A stretch of 64,000 bases of DNA. It comes from a virus. Both the position numbers and the translations under genes were made by a program. The notes under the pieces are model-generated. The model was not told where the DNA came from, ran no database searches, and worked only from the letters and a program-made list of their open reading frames with translations. The stretch spans positions 7,334 through 71,333 of the IMG/VR virus record IMGVR_UViG_3300036771_000036; one strand, 5' to 3'. Positions 1 to 9,725 of the stretch are shown piece after piece (position 1 is the first letter of the stretch; the number at the start of each line of letters is the position of its first letter).

Positions 1-1
1 A

Positions 2-733
2 AATGAACATAATGTCAATGCCGATAAACTAAAAATTAAAGCGTTAATTGAGAATCCCGAACACGCTGGATCATTACATCCTAATGAAGCAGAAATTATG
101 GCTCAAACCGTGTTGAAACAACGAAAGGGAAAAGAAAAAGCAGCCTTAATTCGTATGGCATATACATCAAGTTTTCGTAAAAGTTCTTTATTGTCAATGT
201 CATATGACGATATTTTAATTGAAGATGATTGTTATGTTGCCAGAGTATTGATAAAAGGTGGAAAGTACCACAAAGTTCCCATTCCAACTGAAATATATAT
301 GGAATTGCTTTCTTTGAAAGAGCTTGATTATTATAAAAAATACACAGACAATAAAATTTTTCACTTGAGACCTAAAGCGATCCAAGCAATGATGGACAGT
401 CTAAAGCAGGAACTAAACATACCTGAATCAAGAAATATTGTATTCCATAGCTTCAGGAACTCAGCTTTAAAAGCAAGTCTTTCACTTGAAGAAGCAGCAA
501 ATCAATTAGGGCATTCAAATCTAAACACAACTAGAGATTCATATGACAACGAAAAGAAAGATTACTCCAATATGCCAAGTATGAGAATGCACAGTAAGAT
601 ACCTGATGATGTTTTTCAGTCACTGACCAAGGATGATTTGATTCATCTTATATTAGAAGAAGATTCGGGTGTGCTGATGCGTATGAAAATGAAGGCAAGC
701 ACTATGATCAAGCAGAGCGACAATGATATCTGA
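2..733 (+). CDS. tyrosine recombinase/integrase-family protein, 5' truncated by the window
   Basis: Frame is open from nt 2. Catalytic-type motifs SSFRKSS (R), FHSFR (HxxR), LGHSNLNTTRDSY (H, Y). Confidence 0.85.
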   Translation, partial: NEHNVNADKLKIKALIENPEHAGSLHPNEAEIMAQTVLKQRKGKEKAALIRMAYTSSFRKSSLLSMSYDDILIEDDCYVARVLIKGGKYHKVPIPTEIYMELLSLKELDYYKKYTDNKIFHLRPKAIQAMMDSLKQELNIPESRNIVFHSFRNSALKASLSLEEAANQLGHSNLNTTRDSYDNEKKDYSNMPSMRMHSKIPDDVFQSLTKDDLIHLILEEDSGVLMRMKMKASTMIKQSDNDI

Positions 734-757
734 AGTTGTTGCTCTAGTAAGAGTAAA

Positions 758-776
758 AATAATGATAAAATAACAC
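758..776 (+). promoter_or_regulatory. candidate operator AATAATGATAAAATAACAC upstream of a sigmaA-like promoter
   Basis: Near-identical copies at 9911-9929(-), 60032-60050 and a weaker one at 59565-59583, all at promoter-like sites. Confidence 0.55.
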
Positions 777-899
777 AACAAATTGTATTTACACTTTTAG
801 ATGCTTGAATTATAATGACTTAAGATAGTTAAGAACAAAAATACATATTTTTTTACCGAAAACAATATTTTTTTAAAAAATAAAAGGAGAATACGGTGT

Positions 900-1097
900 A
901 TGGAGCTTATTGAGAGAACATTGAAGTTAATTGATGAAAGAGGAGTAAAAAAAGTATTCATTTGTAATAAAATCGGAATTAGTCAGACAGATATGACGAA
1001 CTTCCTCAATAGAAGATATGATTTAAAGGACAGACCAAAAATAAAACTTAAAGAATTGATTGATACATACTATACAAAGAAGCCAGTAGAGATTTGA
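900..1097 (+). CDS. small XRE/Cro-like HTH regulator
   Basis: 65 aa, KKVFICNKIGISQTDMTNFLN helix-turn-helix pattern, AGGAG RBS. Confidence 0.7.
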   Translation: MELIERTLKLIDERGVKKVFICNKIGISQTDMTNFLNRRYDLKDRPKIKLKELIDTYYTKKPVEI

Positions 1098-1130
1098 CTG
1101 ATGAATATGAAAGGTGGTGGTACAAGTGTA

Positions 1131-1346
1131 GTGCTACAGATGTTTAAGAATGAAAATAATAAATTATAAAATAACAATGAAAATAAAAAAAATGGAGATG
1201 TAATTCGTTGTATAGAAGATAAAAGCGAATTACTTACTGCTATTGAGGAATTATTTGAAATGGATAAGGAACATGATTTTCCAAATGACACCGAACAATT
1301 TTATTTTAAATTACTAGAAGAGTTAAAAGAATTGGAGAATGTGTAA
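1131..1346 (+). pseudogene. possible small ORF interrupted by one in-frame TAA (1167-1169)
   Basis: RBS-like AAAGGTGGTG then a frame open to 1346 except for a single stop. Confidence 0.3.
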
Positions 1347-1365
1347 CTTTCCTGAAGGAGATACT

Positions 1366-2502
1366 ATGGATATCCAAAATTCATCGAACGAACTTGAAAC
1401 ATTGACAAAAGAGATATTACATTTCAAGAAAATTGAGTTGAATGCAACTCTTGAAATAGGGAAACGCCTACAGTACGTAAAAGAAAACGATCTTGTACAT
1501 GGCGAATGGATGAGGTGGATAGCTGATCTTAAAATATCTCATCAGACCGCACAAAAATATATCCAAGCACATGAACAGTTCGGCAACCTCGCGATGTCGC
1601 GAAGTATCTCTGTTGGAAAAATATTTGAAATGGTTTCACTTCCAGATTCAGTTGATCGAGAAGAATTCATATCAACGAGACATTCTGTCCCATCGACTGG
1701 CGAACAAAAAACTGTCGAAGAAATGACTGTGCGTGAGTTACGCGAAGTAAAGAAGAAACTAAAAAATAGCGTTGTTGATAAACCTGTAGATAGTATTATC
1801 GAAGCACCATTACACAATGAGACGCTTAGAGTCAATGAACATTCTACATCTGAGACTGAGTCTTTTCCTGATTGGATTATGGATTTAGCAACAACGTTCA
1901 ATCAGACTATTCCATCCATTCTGCGAGTTTATAAAGAAGAAGGGATATCATTAGATAGACTACATAGAATTGTTCAATACACACCAGAGCAGCAAGAAAT
2001 TATTGCACAATTAATGCCCAGAATTACATTTATGTACTTTGACATGGTGCTTGATACTGCCATCTACTTGATGCTTGAAGGAATAAAAGTTGATGTGCTA
2101 ATTCAGTCTACAATAGTAATAAATCACATTCTCAGTAAACATATTTTCTCTGATGTAGTTGATGAAAAAACACTTAAGGAATTTATAGCTTATGCCCCAA
2201 GTATAGAACACTTGTCCGATGTTGATAGTTTCTTTTTAAACAAGCATGATCAATTACATCCAAAAAGAAATAGGACAAGTAGCTTTTATGGCTCATCAAA
2301 CAGCACAACTAAGATGTCAGTTGATAATTCTTTTAAACTCTTAGGAGTAAACAACAATGATAAAGAGAAAGCAAAAAAACAATATCAAAATTTAGTCAAG
2401 GTGTTTCATCCAGATAGAGCAAGACTACTAGGATTAGATGGAACAGACTTCCTATTTCAAATTATAAAAGAAGCGTACGAACAAACAAAAAAACTAAAAT
2501 AA
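1366..2502 (+). CDS. DUF3102-like protein with C-terminal J-domain
   Basis: N-terminal EIGKRLQYVKENDLVHGEWMRW; C-terminal AKKQYQNLVKVFHPDR...FQIIKEAYEQ with HPD motif; AAGGAG RBS before ATG 1366. Confidence 0.75.
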   Translation: MDIQNSSNELETLTKEILHFKKIELNATLEIGKRLQYVKENDLVHGEWMRWIADLKISHQTAQKYIQAHEQFGNLAMSRSISVGKIFEMVSLPDSVDREEFISTRHSVPSTGEQKTVEEMTVRELREVKKKLKNSVVDKPVDSIIEAPLHNETLRVNEHSTSETESFPDWIMDLATTFNQTIPSILRVYKEEGISLDRLHRIVQYTPEQQEIIAQLMPRITFMYFDMVLDTAIYLMLEGIKVDVLIQSTIVINHILSKHIFSDVVDEKTLKEFIAYAPSIEHLSDVDSFFLNKHDQLHPKRNRTSSFYGSSNSTTKMSVDNSFKLLGVNNNDKEKAKKQYQNLVKVFHPDRARLLGLDGTDFLFQIIKEAYEQTKKLK

Positions 2503-2517
2503 TAAGGGGAAAAATAA

Positions 2518-3081
2518 ATGACAAATAATACAGCAAGCAACGAAGAGTTTAATGAGAACAATCAAAATAAGGTAGAGCAAGAATATCAATTGGAAATGAA
2601 CGAAGAACTTATTCATTCTCTTACTGAGCAACACCTTGTACTAGGAAAGGCACTTGAATCTTTAAAAAAAATGACTACTGACAATAGGAAAATGCATGAG
2701 AATATGAAAAAAATTAGCCAGAAAACTGAAGAAACACATCAAAAAACTGAAATCACATATGCAAAAGTTCTGGAGTTAGATAAGAAGTTGGATGATCGAG
2801 TACTTCTATCTGATGCAGAAATTTCAGAATTGTACGATGTCGTATCTGACATTTCGATTCAAATCGCTTCCAAGATGAATTGGCAGAAAAAGTATCCCAA
2901 TGCTGATAATTTTGGAAAGGTGTGTGGTTGGATCAGAAGAACTCTGTGGAGCATTGTTAACAGACGCTTTGGTGTTAGTTCTTATAAAAAGATTAAATTT
3001 ATTCAATACAATGATGCTTTAGAATTTGTTAGCAACCTTTCAGCAGCGGACTATTACAACCGAGTTGGATATAAGAAGTAA
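2518..3081 (+). CDS. ORF6C-domain phage regulatory protein
   Basis: C-terminal LWSIVNRRFGVSSYKKIKFIQYNDALEFV pattern after a coiled coil. Confidence 0.65.
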   Translation: MTNNTASNEEFNENNQNKVEQEYQLEMNEELIHSLTEQHLVLGKALESLKKMTTDNRKMHENMKKISQKTEETHQKTEITYAKVLELDKKLDDRVLLSDAEISELYDVVSDISIQIASKMNWQKKYPNADNFGKVCGWIRRTLWSIVNRRFGVSSYKKIKFIQYNDALEFVSNLSAADYYNRVGYKK

Positions 3082-3125
3082 TATACATAATCATTTTGCC
3101 AAGTTCACATAGAACCTTACAACAA

Positions 3126-3160
3126 GAGGGTGGGTTAAACTCCCACCCTCACTATTTCTT
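3126..3160 (+). terminator. stem-loop, probable terminator
   Basis: GAGGGTGGG-N7-CCCACCCTC followed by a T-rich tail. Confidence 0.6.
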
Positions 3161-3180
3161 AAATAAGGAGAGGTGAATAA

Positions 3181-3831
3181 TTGACTCATAAAAGTATAAG
3201 ACAGATACATCTGCCTGATGAATCAATTAGAGATCCCAGCATCACACCAAACGACTTTACACTCTTACTTTATCTGAAAGCAGCCATTTACGATCATAAT
3301 AATAAGTATTCATTCTATGAGGATATCAACAAACTGAAATACTGGGTCAATATAAAGGACAACAAGACATTGAAGAAATCACTCGTAAGTCTTTTCGACT
3401 CAGGTTATCTACTCATTAAGACACCGGATAAATTTGTTCAAGGTAAGCCAGTCAATTTCTCATTGAATAAATCAAAACTTGATACAGAAGGAAAAACATT
3501 TACAATGCTTCCTATCACCATTCTTGAAATGGTAAGAGATACTACAATAACTAGGGAAGCAGCACGATTACTTTATTATTACGAAAGCCGAATAAACAGA
3601 AAGATTCCTGATCGTCACTTTTGCTTTCCGTCTGAACAAACAATCTCTAGAGAAACCAACATCAAAGATCCTAAAACAATTCGAAAGCACAATAAGCTCC
3701 TTTCACAGAAATACTTGATCAAGATAGAGAAACATAAGATAACTTGGGATTATCAGTACGATGAAAAAGACATGCCAATCTTCAACAAGTACAACAATCA
3801 CTACTATGTGAATCTAGATAAAATGTGTTGA
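3181..3831 (+). CDS. tandem winged-helix DNA-binding protein, probable replication initiator
   Basis: CFPSEQTISRETNI...TIRKHNKLL...LIKIEK Rep-type wHTH; immediately followed by 22-bp direct repeats. Confidence 0.6.
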   Translation: MTHKSIRQIHLPDESIRDPSITPNDFTLLLYLKAAIYDHNNKYSFYEDINKLKYWVNIKDNKTLKKSLVSLFDSGYLLIKTPDKFVQGKPVNFSLNKSKLDTEGKTFTMLPITILEMVRDTTITREAARLLYYYESRINRKIPDRHFCFPSEQTISRETNIKDPKTIRKHNKLLSQKYLIKIEKHKITWDYQYDEKDMPIFNKYNNHYYVNLDKMC

Positions 3832-3839
3832 AATCTCCT

Positions 3840-3920
3840 ACAGGGAAATCATCCAAGATAGACAGGGAATTTATCCAAGATGTATAGGGAATTTATCCAA
3901 CATACACAGGGAAATCCTCT
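3840..3920 (+). repeat. 3.7 tandem 22-bp direct repeats (iteron-like), probable replication origin
   Basis: ACAGGGAAATCATCCAAGATAG / ACAGGGAATTTATCCAAGATGT / ATAGGGAATTTATCCAACATAC / ACAGGGAAATCCTCT at 3840, 3862, 3884, 3906, followed by an AT-rich tract. Confidence 0.8.
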
Positions 3921-4081
3921 TGGAGAAAATCACCCGTAATAAGTATTACTATAATTTAGACTTTAGACATGTATACACAGTATTTACAGGTGGCTTCGCA
4001 AAGCTAATCCACCATGTTTGAAATTGTTTTTTTTGAGATGTCTCTTAAACTTTAATCTAATCTAAAAGGAGGACTTTATTT

Positions 4082-6919
4082 TTGGCGAAACACAAACTAA
4101 ATCAGAGTCATGTTTTGAAAATAAATTCCACACGAATCAAGAAGGAAAAGTACAATTTAAATTTACCACTTGAACAAGCACATGAGAACAAAGAGATTGT
4201 GTCATTGGGTAGCAGTCAGATTTTACGCTTCATTCAGGAGTGGGAAAAAGGATACTATAGCCTAGGTGAAAACTATGATCGTGAAAAAGAAATACATAGA
4301 ATTAAAATTGAAATTAAAAGATTACGGAAGTTGGATACTAACAAAGAAAATAAACGCAAAATTGATTTGTTCTACAAAGAGCTGAATGAAAGAATGTATA
4401 CGCCTCATTATGTAATGATTGTTATGAATTCAGAAAAAGACTTTGATAGATTATGTTCTAAGAAAGGATTCAAAATTAACGGCCTCACCTACAAACGTCT
4501 ACTTGCCACTACTGGAGGCGGCAAAGCATCAACTGTGGTATTTGTAACAGATGATGTGTATCCATATCTAAAAGAACGTTTGAATATGGGCAGAGATATG
4601 GCAAAGGATATGGTTCCAGCCAAACTCGAAGCATATCAAGCACTCGCATGTTCAGCAAGTACACCTGTTTCCAGACCAAAAGGAGTATTAATAGTACAGG
4701 ATGCAATGACCTCATTTAAGTCAAATGTGATTACTATTGACGACAGATATACAGATACTCCTGTTATTGAAGAAGTTAAGGATTATTCTTTCGAAGGCGA
4801 CAGTGCTATGAACGCTTCAGACGGATTCGGGTTAATTTTGCCAGATCGAAGCAGGAAATGGAGTGAAGAACTGGCTGTTAATGGATATACCAGTATGGTT
4901 ATGCGTGATGGATACACTAAAGGTGTTGTACATCCATTTGATTTCATTGACTATGGTGAAAATATAGCCAAAACCTTTATGGTTCAAGATGCATGGGGAG
5001 TAACTAGAGACATTAGAGACTACGATGTGATTTTAACTACATCAATGATGAAGCTGTGGGATCACTATGACAGTCTTGAACACGTACAGGAATGTTGGGA
5101 CAAGTATGGATATACATTTGCTGTAACTAAGACAACACCTGAGAATTTAGATAATGAAGGTGACTTGAACTATCAGTTTATTCAATCACTAAAGTTGTCA
5201 GACAGTGAAATCGACGAACTGATCAGTCTTACTGTAAATGAAGTCAAAGAAGTTCTTGGTGGAGATTACAAGAAGACATTGTTATATCTCAGAGGAAAGA
5301 AACTCAGTGAAAAAGATGTACTACATGATAATCCAGACTTCACACAAGCACTAATGATTGATCAAAGAATGATAAATGATCCTTTTGTTCGTAGACATGT
5401 TTATAAAATGATACATAAAAGAATTGATGAAGCTAAAACAGGTGTACTCAGGGTCAAAGGTAATTTCAGTATGATGTCTGGTGATCCGTATACGTTGTGC
5501 CAAAACATATTCGGCATGCCACTCACTGGATTACTGAAGGGTGGAGAATACTACTCTAATTACTGGATTGAACGTAAAGTTGATAAGGTAGCAGCGTTTA
5601 GAGCACCAATGACCAATCACAACAATATCCGAGTATTTAGAATGAAGAAAGACAAGGATACCTCATATTGGTATAGGTTTATGAAGAACGTAACAATCCT
5701 AAATAGTTGGGATACGGCTACTCATGCATTAAATGGAGCAGACTTTGACGGTGACCAAGTATTTACAACTGAAAATAAAGTTATCATGGATAATATTAAA
5801 GAACTGGATGCAATCGTCTGCATGCAGAAAACGGTGGACAAAGTAGTGCCCACAGAAGCGGACTTGATAGCAGCAAATAAGGCGAGTTTTGGTGATGAAA
5901 TTGGTATCACTACAAACAGGATCACATCCATGTTCGATGTACTTGCAAATTTTGATGAAGACAGTGATGAGTACAATGAAGTAAATTACCGCATCATGAG
6001 TGGACAGATGATACAGCAAAATGTGATTGATAAAGCTAAAGGTATCGAAGCAAAAGGCATGCCGAAATCATGGTATACACCTAAATTAAGTTATACACCT
6101 ATTCTTACAGACGAAAAAGGTAAAGCCATATTGGATCAAAACGGAAGGTATATTCAGCTACCCGAAACAGATGAGGATAGAGAAAGAAGAGAGTTTAACT
6201 TGAGTATTGCTGTAGATAAAAAACCATACTTTTTTATATGGAAAAAAGATTCCTCTGAACTTGGTAAGTATAAAAAATATATAAAAGCAATTGAGCGAAA
6301 TTGTTCCATTAGATTTGGTATTAGCTTTGAGGAACTGAAAAGTAAGGCTGAGTTAAATGAAAAGGAGCAAGCGTTTCTTGACGATTATCATAGAGATGTA
6401 ACAGTCTCTATTGCTCAATCAACGATGAATAGAATTTGTTGGAGAGTGGAAGAAGCGTTCAAGGATGTGCCCAGAGATGTAAGGACAAACAATTTTGATA
6501 AAGAAATACTAAAGACAGATAAAAAATACTCACTAACACGCTTCAAAGAGATTAAAGAGCTATACAAGAACTACAACGCTGAAGTAAGAAGCTATATGAT
6601 AAACAAAAAAGATAGCAATATAGATGAAGAAAGTAAGGAAGAAGCGAGACAGTTGTTTATCAAGAGATTTAGAGAAAAAGCTTTAGGCATTTGCAATAAC
6701 GAAGAAGATTTATGCAATATGGTTGTTGATTTGTGTTACAAGACCGACAATTCTAAGCAATTTGCATGGGATGTTGCAGGACAACAGATAATTCTCAACT
6801 TGTTGCGAAGAAATAGTAATACATATAGTTTTCCTGTTTCAGATGAGAGTGGAGATATTGAATATAACGGTGATAGATTTAAAATGATTAAAGTTAAAAT
6901 GGAGAGTGATACTTATTAA
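4082..6919 (+). CDS. yonO: YonO-like single-subunit (two-barrel) DNA-dependent RNA polymerase
   Basis: 945 aa; catalytic NGADFDGD, plus SDGFG, FRAP, IGITTN and QNVIDKAKG motifs; position upstream of SPbeta-like late genes. Confidence 0.9.
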   Translation: MAKHKLNQSHVLKINSTRIKKEKYNLNLPLEQAHENKEIVSLGSSQILRFIQEWEKGYYSLGENYDREKEIHRIKIEIKRLRKLDTNKENKRKIDLFYKELNERMYTPHYVMIVMNSEKDFDRLCSKKGFKINGLTYKRLLATTGGGKASTVVFVTDDVYPYLKERLNMGRDMAKDMVPAKLEAYQALACSASTPVSRPKGVLIVQDAMTSFKSNVITIDDRYTDTPVIEEVKDYSFEGDSAMNASDGFGLILPDRSRKWSEELAVNGYTSMVMRDGYTKGVVHPFDFIDYGENIAKTFMVQDAWGVTRDIRDYDVILTTSMMKLWDHYDSLEHVQECWDKYGYTFAVTKTTPENLDNEGDLNYQFIQSLKLSDSEIDELISLTVNEVKEVLGGDYKKTLLYLRGKKLSEKDVLHDNPDFTQALMIDQRMINDPFVRRHVYKMIHKRIDEAKTGVLRVKGNFSMMSGDPYTLCQNIFGMPLTGLLKGGEYYSNYWIERKVDKVAAFRAPMTNHNNIRVFRMKKDKDTSYWYRFMKNVTILNSWDTATHALNGADFDGDQVFTTENKVIMDNIKELDAIVCMQKTVDKVVPTEADLIAANKASFGDEIGITTNRITSMFDVLANFDEDSDEYNEVNYRIMSGQMIQQNVIDKAKGIEAKGMPKSWYTPKLSYTPILTDEKGKAILDQNGRYIQLPETDEDRERREFNLSIAVDKKPYFFIWKKDSSELGKYKKYIKAIERNCSIRFGISFEELKSKAELNEKEQAFLDDYHRDVTVSIAQSTMNRICWRVEEAFKDVPRDVRTNNFDKEILKTDKKYSLTRFKEIKELYKNYNAEVRSYMINKKDSNIDEESKEEARQLFIKRFREKALGICNNEEDLCNMVVDLCYKTDNSKQFAWDVAGQQIILNLLRRNSNTYSFPVSDESGDIEYNGDRFKMIKVKMESDTY

Positions 6920-7679
6920 TACAGTACTAAACGAGCGTTATGAAGCGGAAGAAATTTTAAAGCATGGAACGGTGAACAAGTTCCCTAGAAAAACTATCGA
7001 CTGCTTAGCTAAATATTATATTGCAGAAGGATATACACCAAAGGAAACTGAGAATATGATTGATGAGTTTCTAAAGAAACATATGCCTAAATATAATTCA
7101 GTTCTCTGGTATAAAGAGATTACTAAGATTGTTCAAAGCAATAAAAACAAAATTAAAAAGAGAATAGAAGCAAATAAAGATCCCCTCGTAGAAATTGAAG
7201 AAGTGATAATTACTCAGGATGAACTAAACAGTATAAAACAGCTAAAGAGTGTCAGATTAGAAAGGTTAGCATTCTCCTTACTCGTGTATGCAAAGATCAG
7301 TAATCAAAGGAATAATAAAAATACATATTGGGTTAATGAGGAACTTAAAGAGATAATGAAAGACGCAGGGATCACAGATGGATTATCTGAACAGAACAAA
7401 ATGTTGAATAAATTAATTCAGCTAGGATACATAGAGACCCCCTATAAAGCATCATCAACTAGTTACCATGTTATGTATGGAAACGAAGACAGTGAACCAG
7501 CCATTGTAATTAAAGATTTTAACTATTTTATCTATGAGTGTTTAAGGTGGCAGGGCGAGAACATTGGCAATTGCACAGATTGTGGGAGACTAATGAGAAA
7601 GAATGGGAATCGACAAAAGCGATGTGAAGTTTGCCAAAAAAGTTTTAAGAGGAAAAATAACACTAAAAAACGAAAATAG
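6906..7679 (+). CDS. hypothetical protein with C-terminal zinc ribbon, coupled to the RNAP gene
   Basis: CTDCG...RCEVC; overlaps the RNAP stop; start may be ATT 6915. Confidence 0.7.
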   Translation: MILINTVLNERYEAEEILKHGTVNKFPRKTIDCLAKYYIAEGYTPKETENMIDEFLKKHMPKYNSVLWYKEITKIVQSNKNKIKKRIEANKDPLVEIEEVIITQDELNSIKQLKSVRLERLAFSLLVYAKISNQRNNKNTYWVNEELKEIMKDAGITDGLSEQNKMLNKLIQLGYIETPYKASSTSYHVMYGNEDSEPAIVIKDFNYFIYECLRWQGENIGNCTDCGRLMRKNGNRQKRCEVCQKSFKRKNNTKKRK

Positions 7680-7995
7680 TGTACGTTAGAAAACGCTGAG
7701 ATCCCGCGTCCCATAAGGGCTGAGAGGTTTTACTAGATACACCTGTAATGGAGGGGAATATATGATTTTCTCCTTTTCATATAGGAACCTCTCCTCGCTT
7801 TATTCTTCATTTCATTTTTAAGTCCCTAATGCTAGTTACGGGATCACTGTCTGTAGGCAGGCCGCAGCTCTCCGGTTAATGAGAGCCTCCTTTTCTTTTC
7901 TGTAGTGACTTGTGTACAGAATGAGTTAGATGTAGTCATTTGATCACATTTGTAGCCTATTGGAATTAGATGGATGTAGATGTAATACATATTGA

Positions 7996-8082
7996 GGAAG
8001 GGTACTCAAGCGGTTTAAGAGGTCTGTCTTGAAAACAGTTAGGCGGTTATGCCGTGCGTGGGTTCGAATCCCACTCCTTCCA
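7996..8082 (+). tRNA. tRNA-Ser(TGA)
   Basis: Acceptor GGAAGGG/TCCTTCC, anticodon loop CTTGAAA, long variable arm, T-arm GTGGGTTCGAATCCCAC; CCA not encoded. Confidence 0.9.
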
Positions 8083-8114
8083 TTTAAATTTAATTTGCTA
8101 AAGGAGAATAATTA

Positions 8115-8519
8115 GTGATGAAGAGTGTTGAGAAGGTTAAGTTAGTATTTGAAAATTGTGAAACTATTGAGTTTGAAGGCAATGAGTTGACAGGATTATG
8201 GTTTGACAAAGTGTATAAGCGTAAGTATATGCACAATGAAAACAAAATGTTGGAGTCAGATCATTGCGAGCATTTTAATGTTGGAATCAAAATGTCAGCA
8301 AACAAACCATTTCGTCCATTTGGAGTTAAAGATGCAGAACCGAATATGAAGTTTAACAGAATCAATGAACAAAGTGATTTGGTTGCTGTTAGAGTGTACT
8401 ATTCAGATGAAACTGAGGATTATATCTATGTTCCTTGGGATGATGAGAAGAGTGATTATGTGAATCATAAGCAGCAAGTCACAAACGATGAGGATTACCT
8501 ATACATTTTAGTTAAATAA
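8115..8519 (+). CDS. hypothetical phage protein
   Basis: 134-aa ORF with AAGGAG RBS. Confidence 0.7.
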   Translation: MMKSVEKVKLVFENCETIEFEGNELTGLWFDKVYKRKYMHNENKMLESDHCEHFNVGIKMSANKPFRPFGVKDAEPNMKFNRINEQSDLVAVRVYYSDETEDYIYVPWDDEKSDYVNHKQQVTNDEDYLYILVK

Positions 8520-8566
8520 ATAATACATATACGTTTATACATAAGGGAGAGATAGCTATTTTAGAA

Positions 8567-8887
8567 TTGAAATTGTTGACGCATGAGCAGTTAGAAAATG
8601 AAGTTCAAGTTTCCTATTTAAATAACTATGGATGCGCAGAAACTGCATCTGAATGGAAAGAAAACGATGAGGACGAAGAAGAGATTATTCGGTCAGAAAC
8701 AACTGAGTTGCTGAATAAACAAGTACTTATTCTTTTGGATATTCTTAAATCAAAATATGACGATCAAGATGACCTTGTACAGCAAATCGTAGATAGATTA
8801 AACGATTCATGCCACATTGATAATCTTATTGTTCATGACATGCTGGTAGGTCGAATAGAGTACATTTACAGTTTAGATAATAAGTAA
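8567..8887 (+). CDS. hypothetical acidic protein
   Basis: 106-aa ORF downstream of AAGGGAG. Confidence 0.6.
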   Translation: MKLLTHEQLENEVQVSYLNNYGCAETASEWKENDEDEEEIIRSETTELLNKQVLILLDILKSKYDDQDDLVQQIVDRLNDSCHIDNLIVHDMLVGRIEYIYSLDNK

Positions 8888-8949
8888 TTCAATTAGATGA
8901 GCAGTGATGGCTCCACAAAGAAGAACATACATAAGGGAGAGAATGAGGA

Positions 8950-9213
8950 ATGGGAATCGCAATTATTGATGCAAATGGTGTCACAGTAATGAAGATTGAG
9001 AATAAAAAAACAAATGAAGAAATTGAACAGATGAAAGCAACAATTGAAGAGTATGAGCGAATCACAAATGCATTGCTAGAATATGTCTACATTCAGAATG
9101 AAGAATTTTCCTTACTAGAGTTTCTACATGTAAAATCTATGGCAGAACCTGTAAAGTTCAATGGTGACGATTATCGAGGAGTTTTGGATTGGCTTCAATG
9201 TCAAGGCGGTTAA
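8950..9213 (+). CDS. hypothetical protein
   Basis: 87-aa ORF with AAGGGAG/GAGG RBS. Confidence 0.6.
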   Translation: MGIAIIDANGVTVMKIENKKTNEEIEQMKATIEEYERITNALLEYVYIQNEEFSLLEFLHVKSMAEPVKFNGDDYRGVLDWLQCQGG

Positions 9214-9381
9214 TCATTCATTTGACAGTGTTCGGGAATTAATCCTGAGCATGATCAAGTTTATGATCGGAAATATGTGGGTCAGTCTGTTAAATGGACT
9301 GGCCTTTAATGTTAGTGTAGAGCAAAAGGAAATAAGCCTAACCATTAGGCTAGACTATTATGTAAGTTGTCTCTAGATATT

Positions 9382-9561
9382 CTATTTAAGTTTACGTAAT
9401 CTAATCAATCCTATGGTACATACAACTAATGTAAGAACACTTAAAGACTTAACAATGTTACTGGTATATTCATTTGTATAATCTATAAAGAATGTGCTAA
9501 GTGCAGCTATAACTAGTCCAAGGTATACAATTACTGTAGGTAGAACATTTGTACGTTTCAT
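9382..9561 (-). CDS. 59-aa two-TM membrane peptide (YoyJ-like by position)
   Basis: MKRTNVLPTVIVYLGLVIAALSTFF...LTLVVCTIGLIRLRKLK; AGGAGG RBS before ATG 9561. Confidence 0.65.
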   Translation of the reverse strand: MKRTNVLPTVIVYLGLVIAALSTFFIDYTNEYTSNIVKSLSVLTLVVCTIGLIRLRKLK

Positions 9562-9597
9562 GCATGTTTCCTCCTGTTCATGAGATAATGTAAGGCG

Positions 9598-9626
9598 TTG
9601 CATATACACTGTATATGTTATATAAT
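9598..9626 (+). promoter_or_regulatory. sigmaA promoter for an antisense RNA
   Basis: TTGCAT-17nt-TATAAT pointing into the 3' end of the toxin-like gene, with no sense ORF behind it. Confidence 0.7.
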
Positions 9627-9632
9627 TTAATT

Positions 9633-9725
9633 AGGTTCTAGAGGAACCATGTAGCTCAGTTCCTCTAGTTTGGGTGTTACTTGCGGTGTTTATCCCTTCG
9701 CGGAGGATAAGCGCCGTTTTTCATT
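9633..9725 (+). ncRNA. candidate type I antitoxin RNA (SR6-like); 3' end uncertain
   Basis: Starts after the promoter at 9598-9626, contains hairpin CTAGAGGAAC...GTTCCTCTAG, complementary to the toxin 3' end. Confidence 0.5.

Noticed and set aside
2-733. This recombinase as the prophage integrase
   Set aside because: It is internal, far from the visible att end, and SPbeta-like phages carry several recombinase-fold proteins; its role cannot be assigned here.
1-3100. Arbitrium (aimR/aimP) system expected in SPbeta-like phages
   Set aside because: No TPR receptor or peptide precursor is visible; it may lie outside the window.
3840-3920. Direct repeats as a CRISPR array
   Set aside because: Repeats are contiguous with no spacers and no cas genes; they fit iterons.
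4082-6919. RNA-dependent RNA polymerase of an RNA element
   Set aside because: Motifs and context match the DNA-dependent YonO family in a dsDNA prophage.
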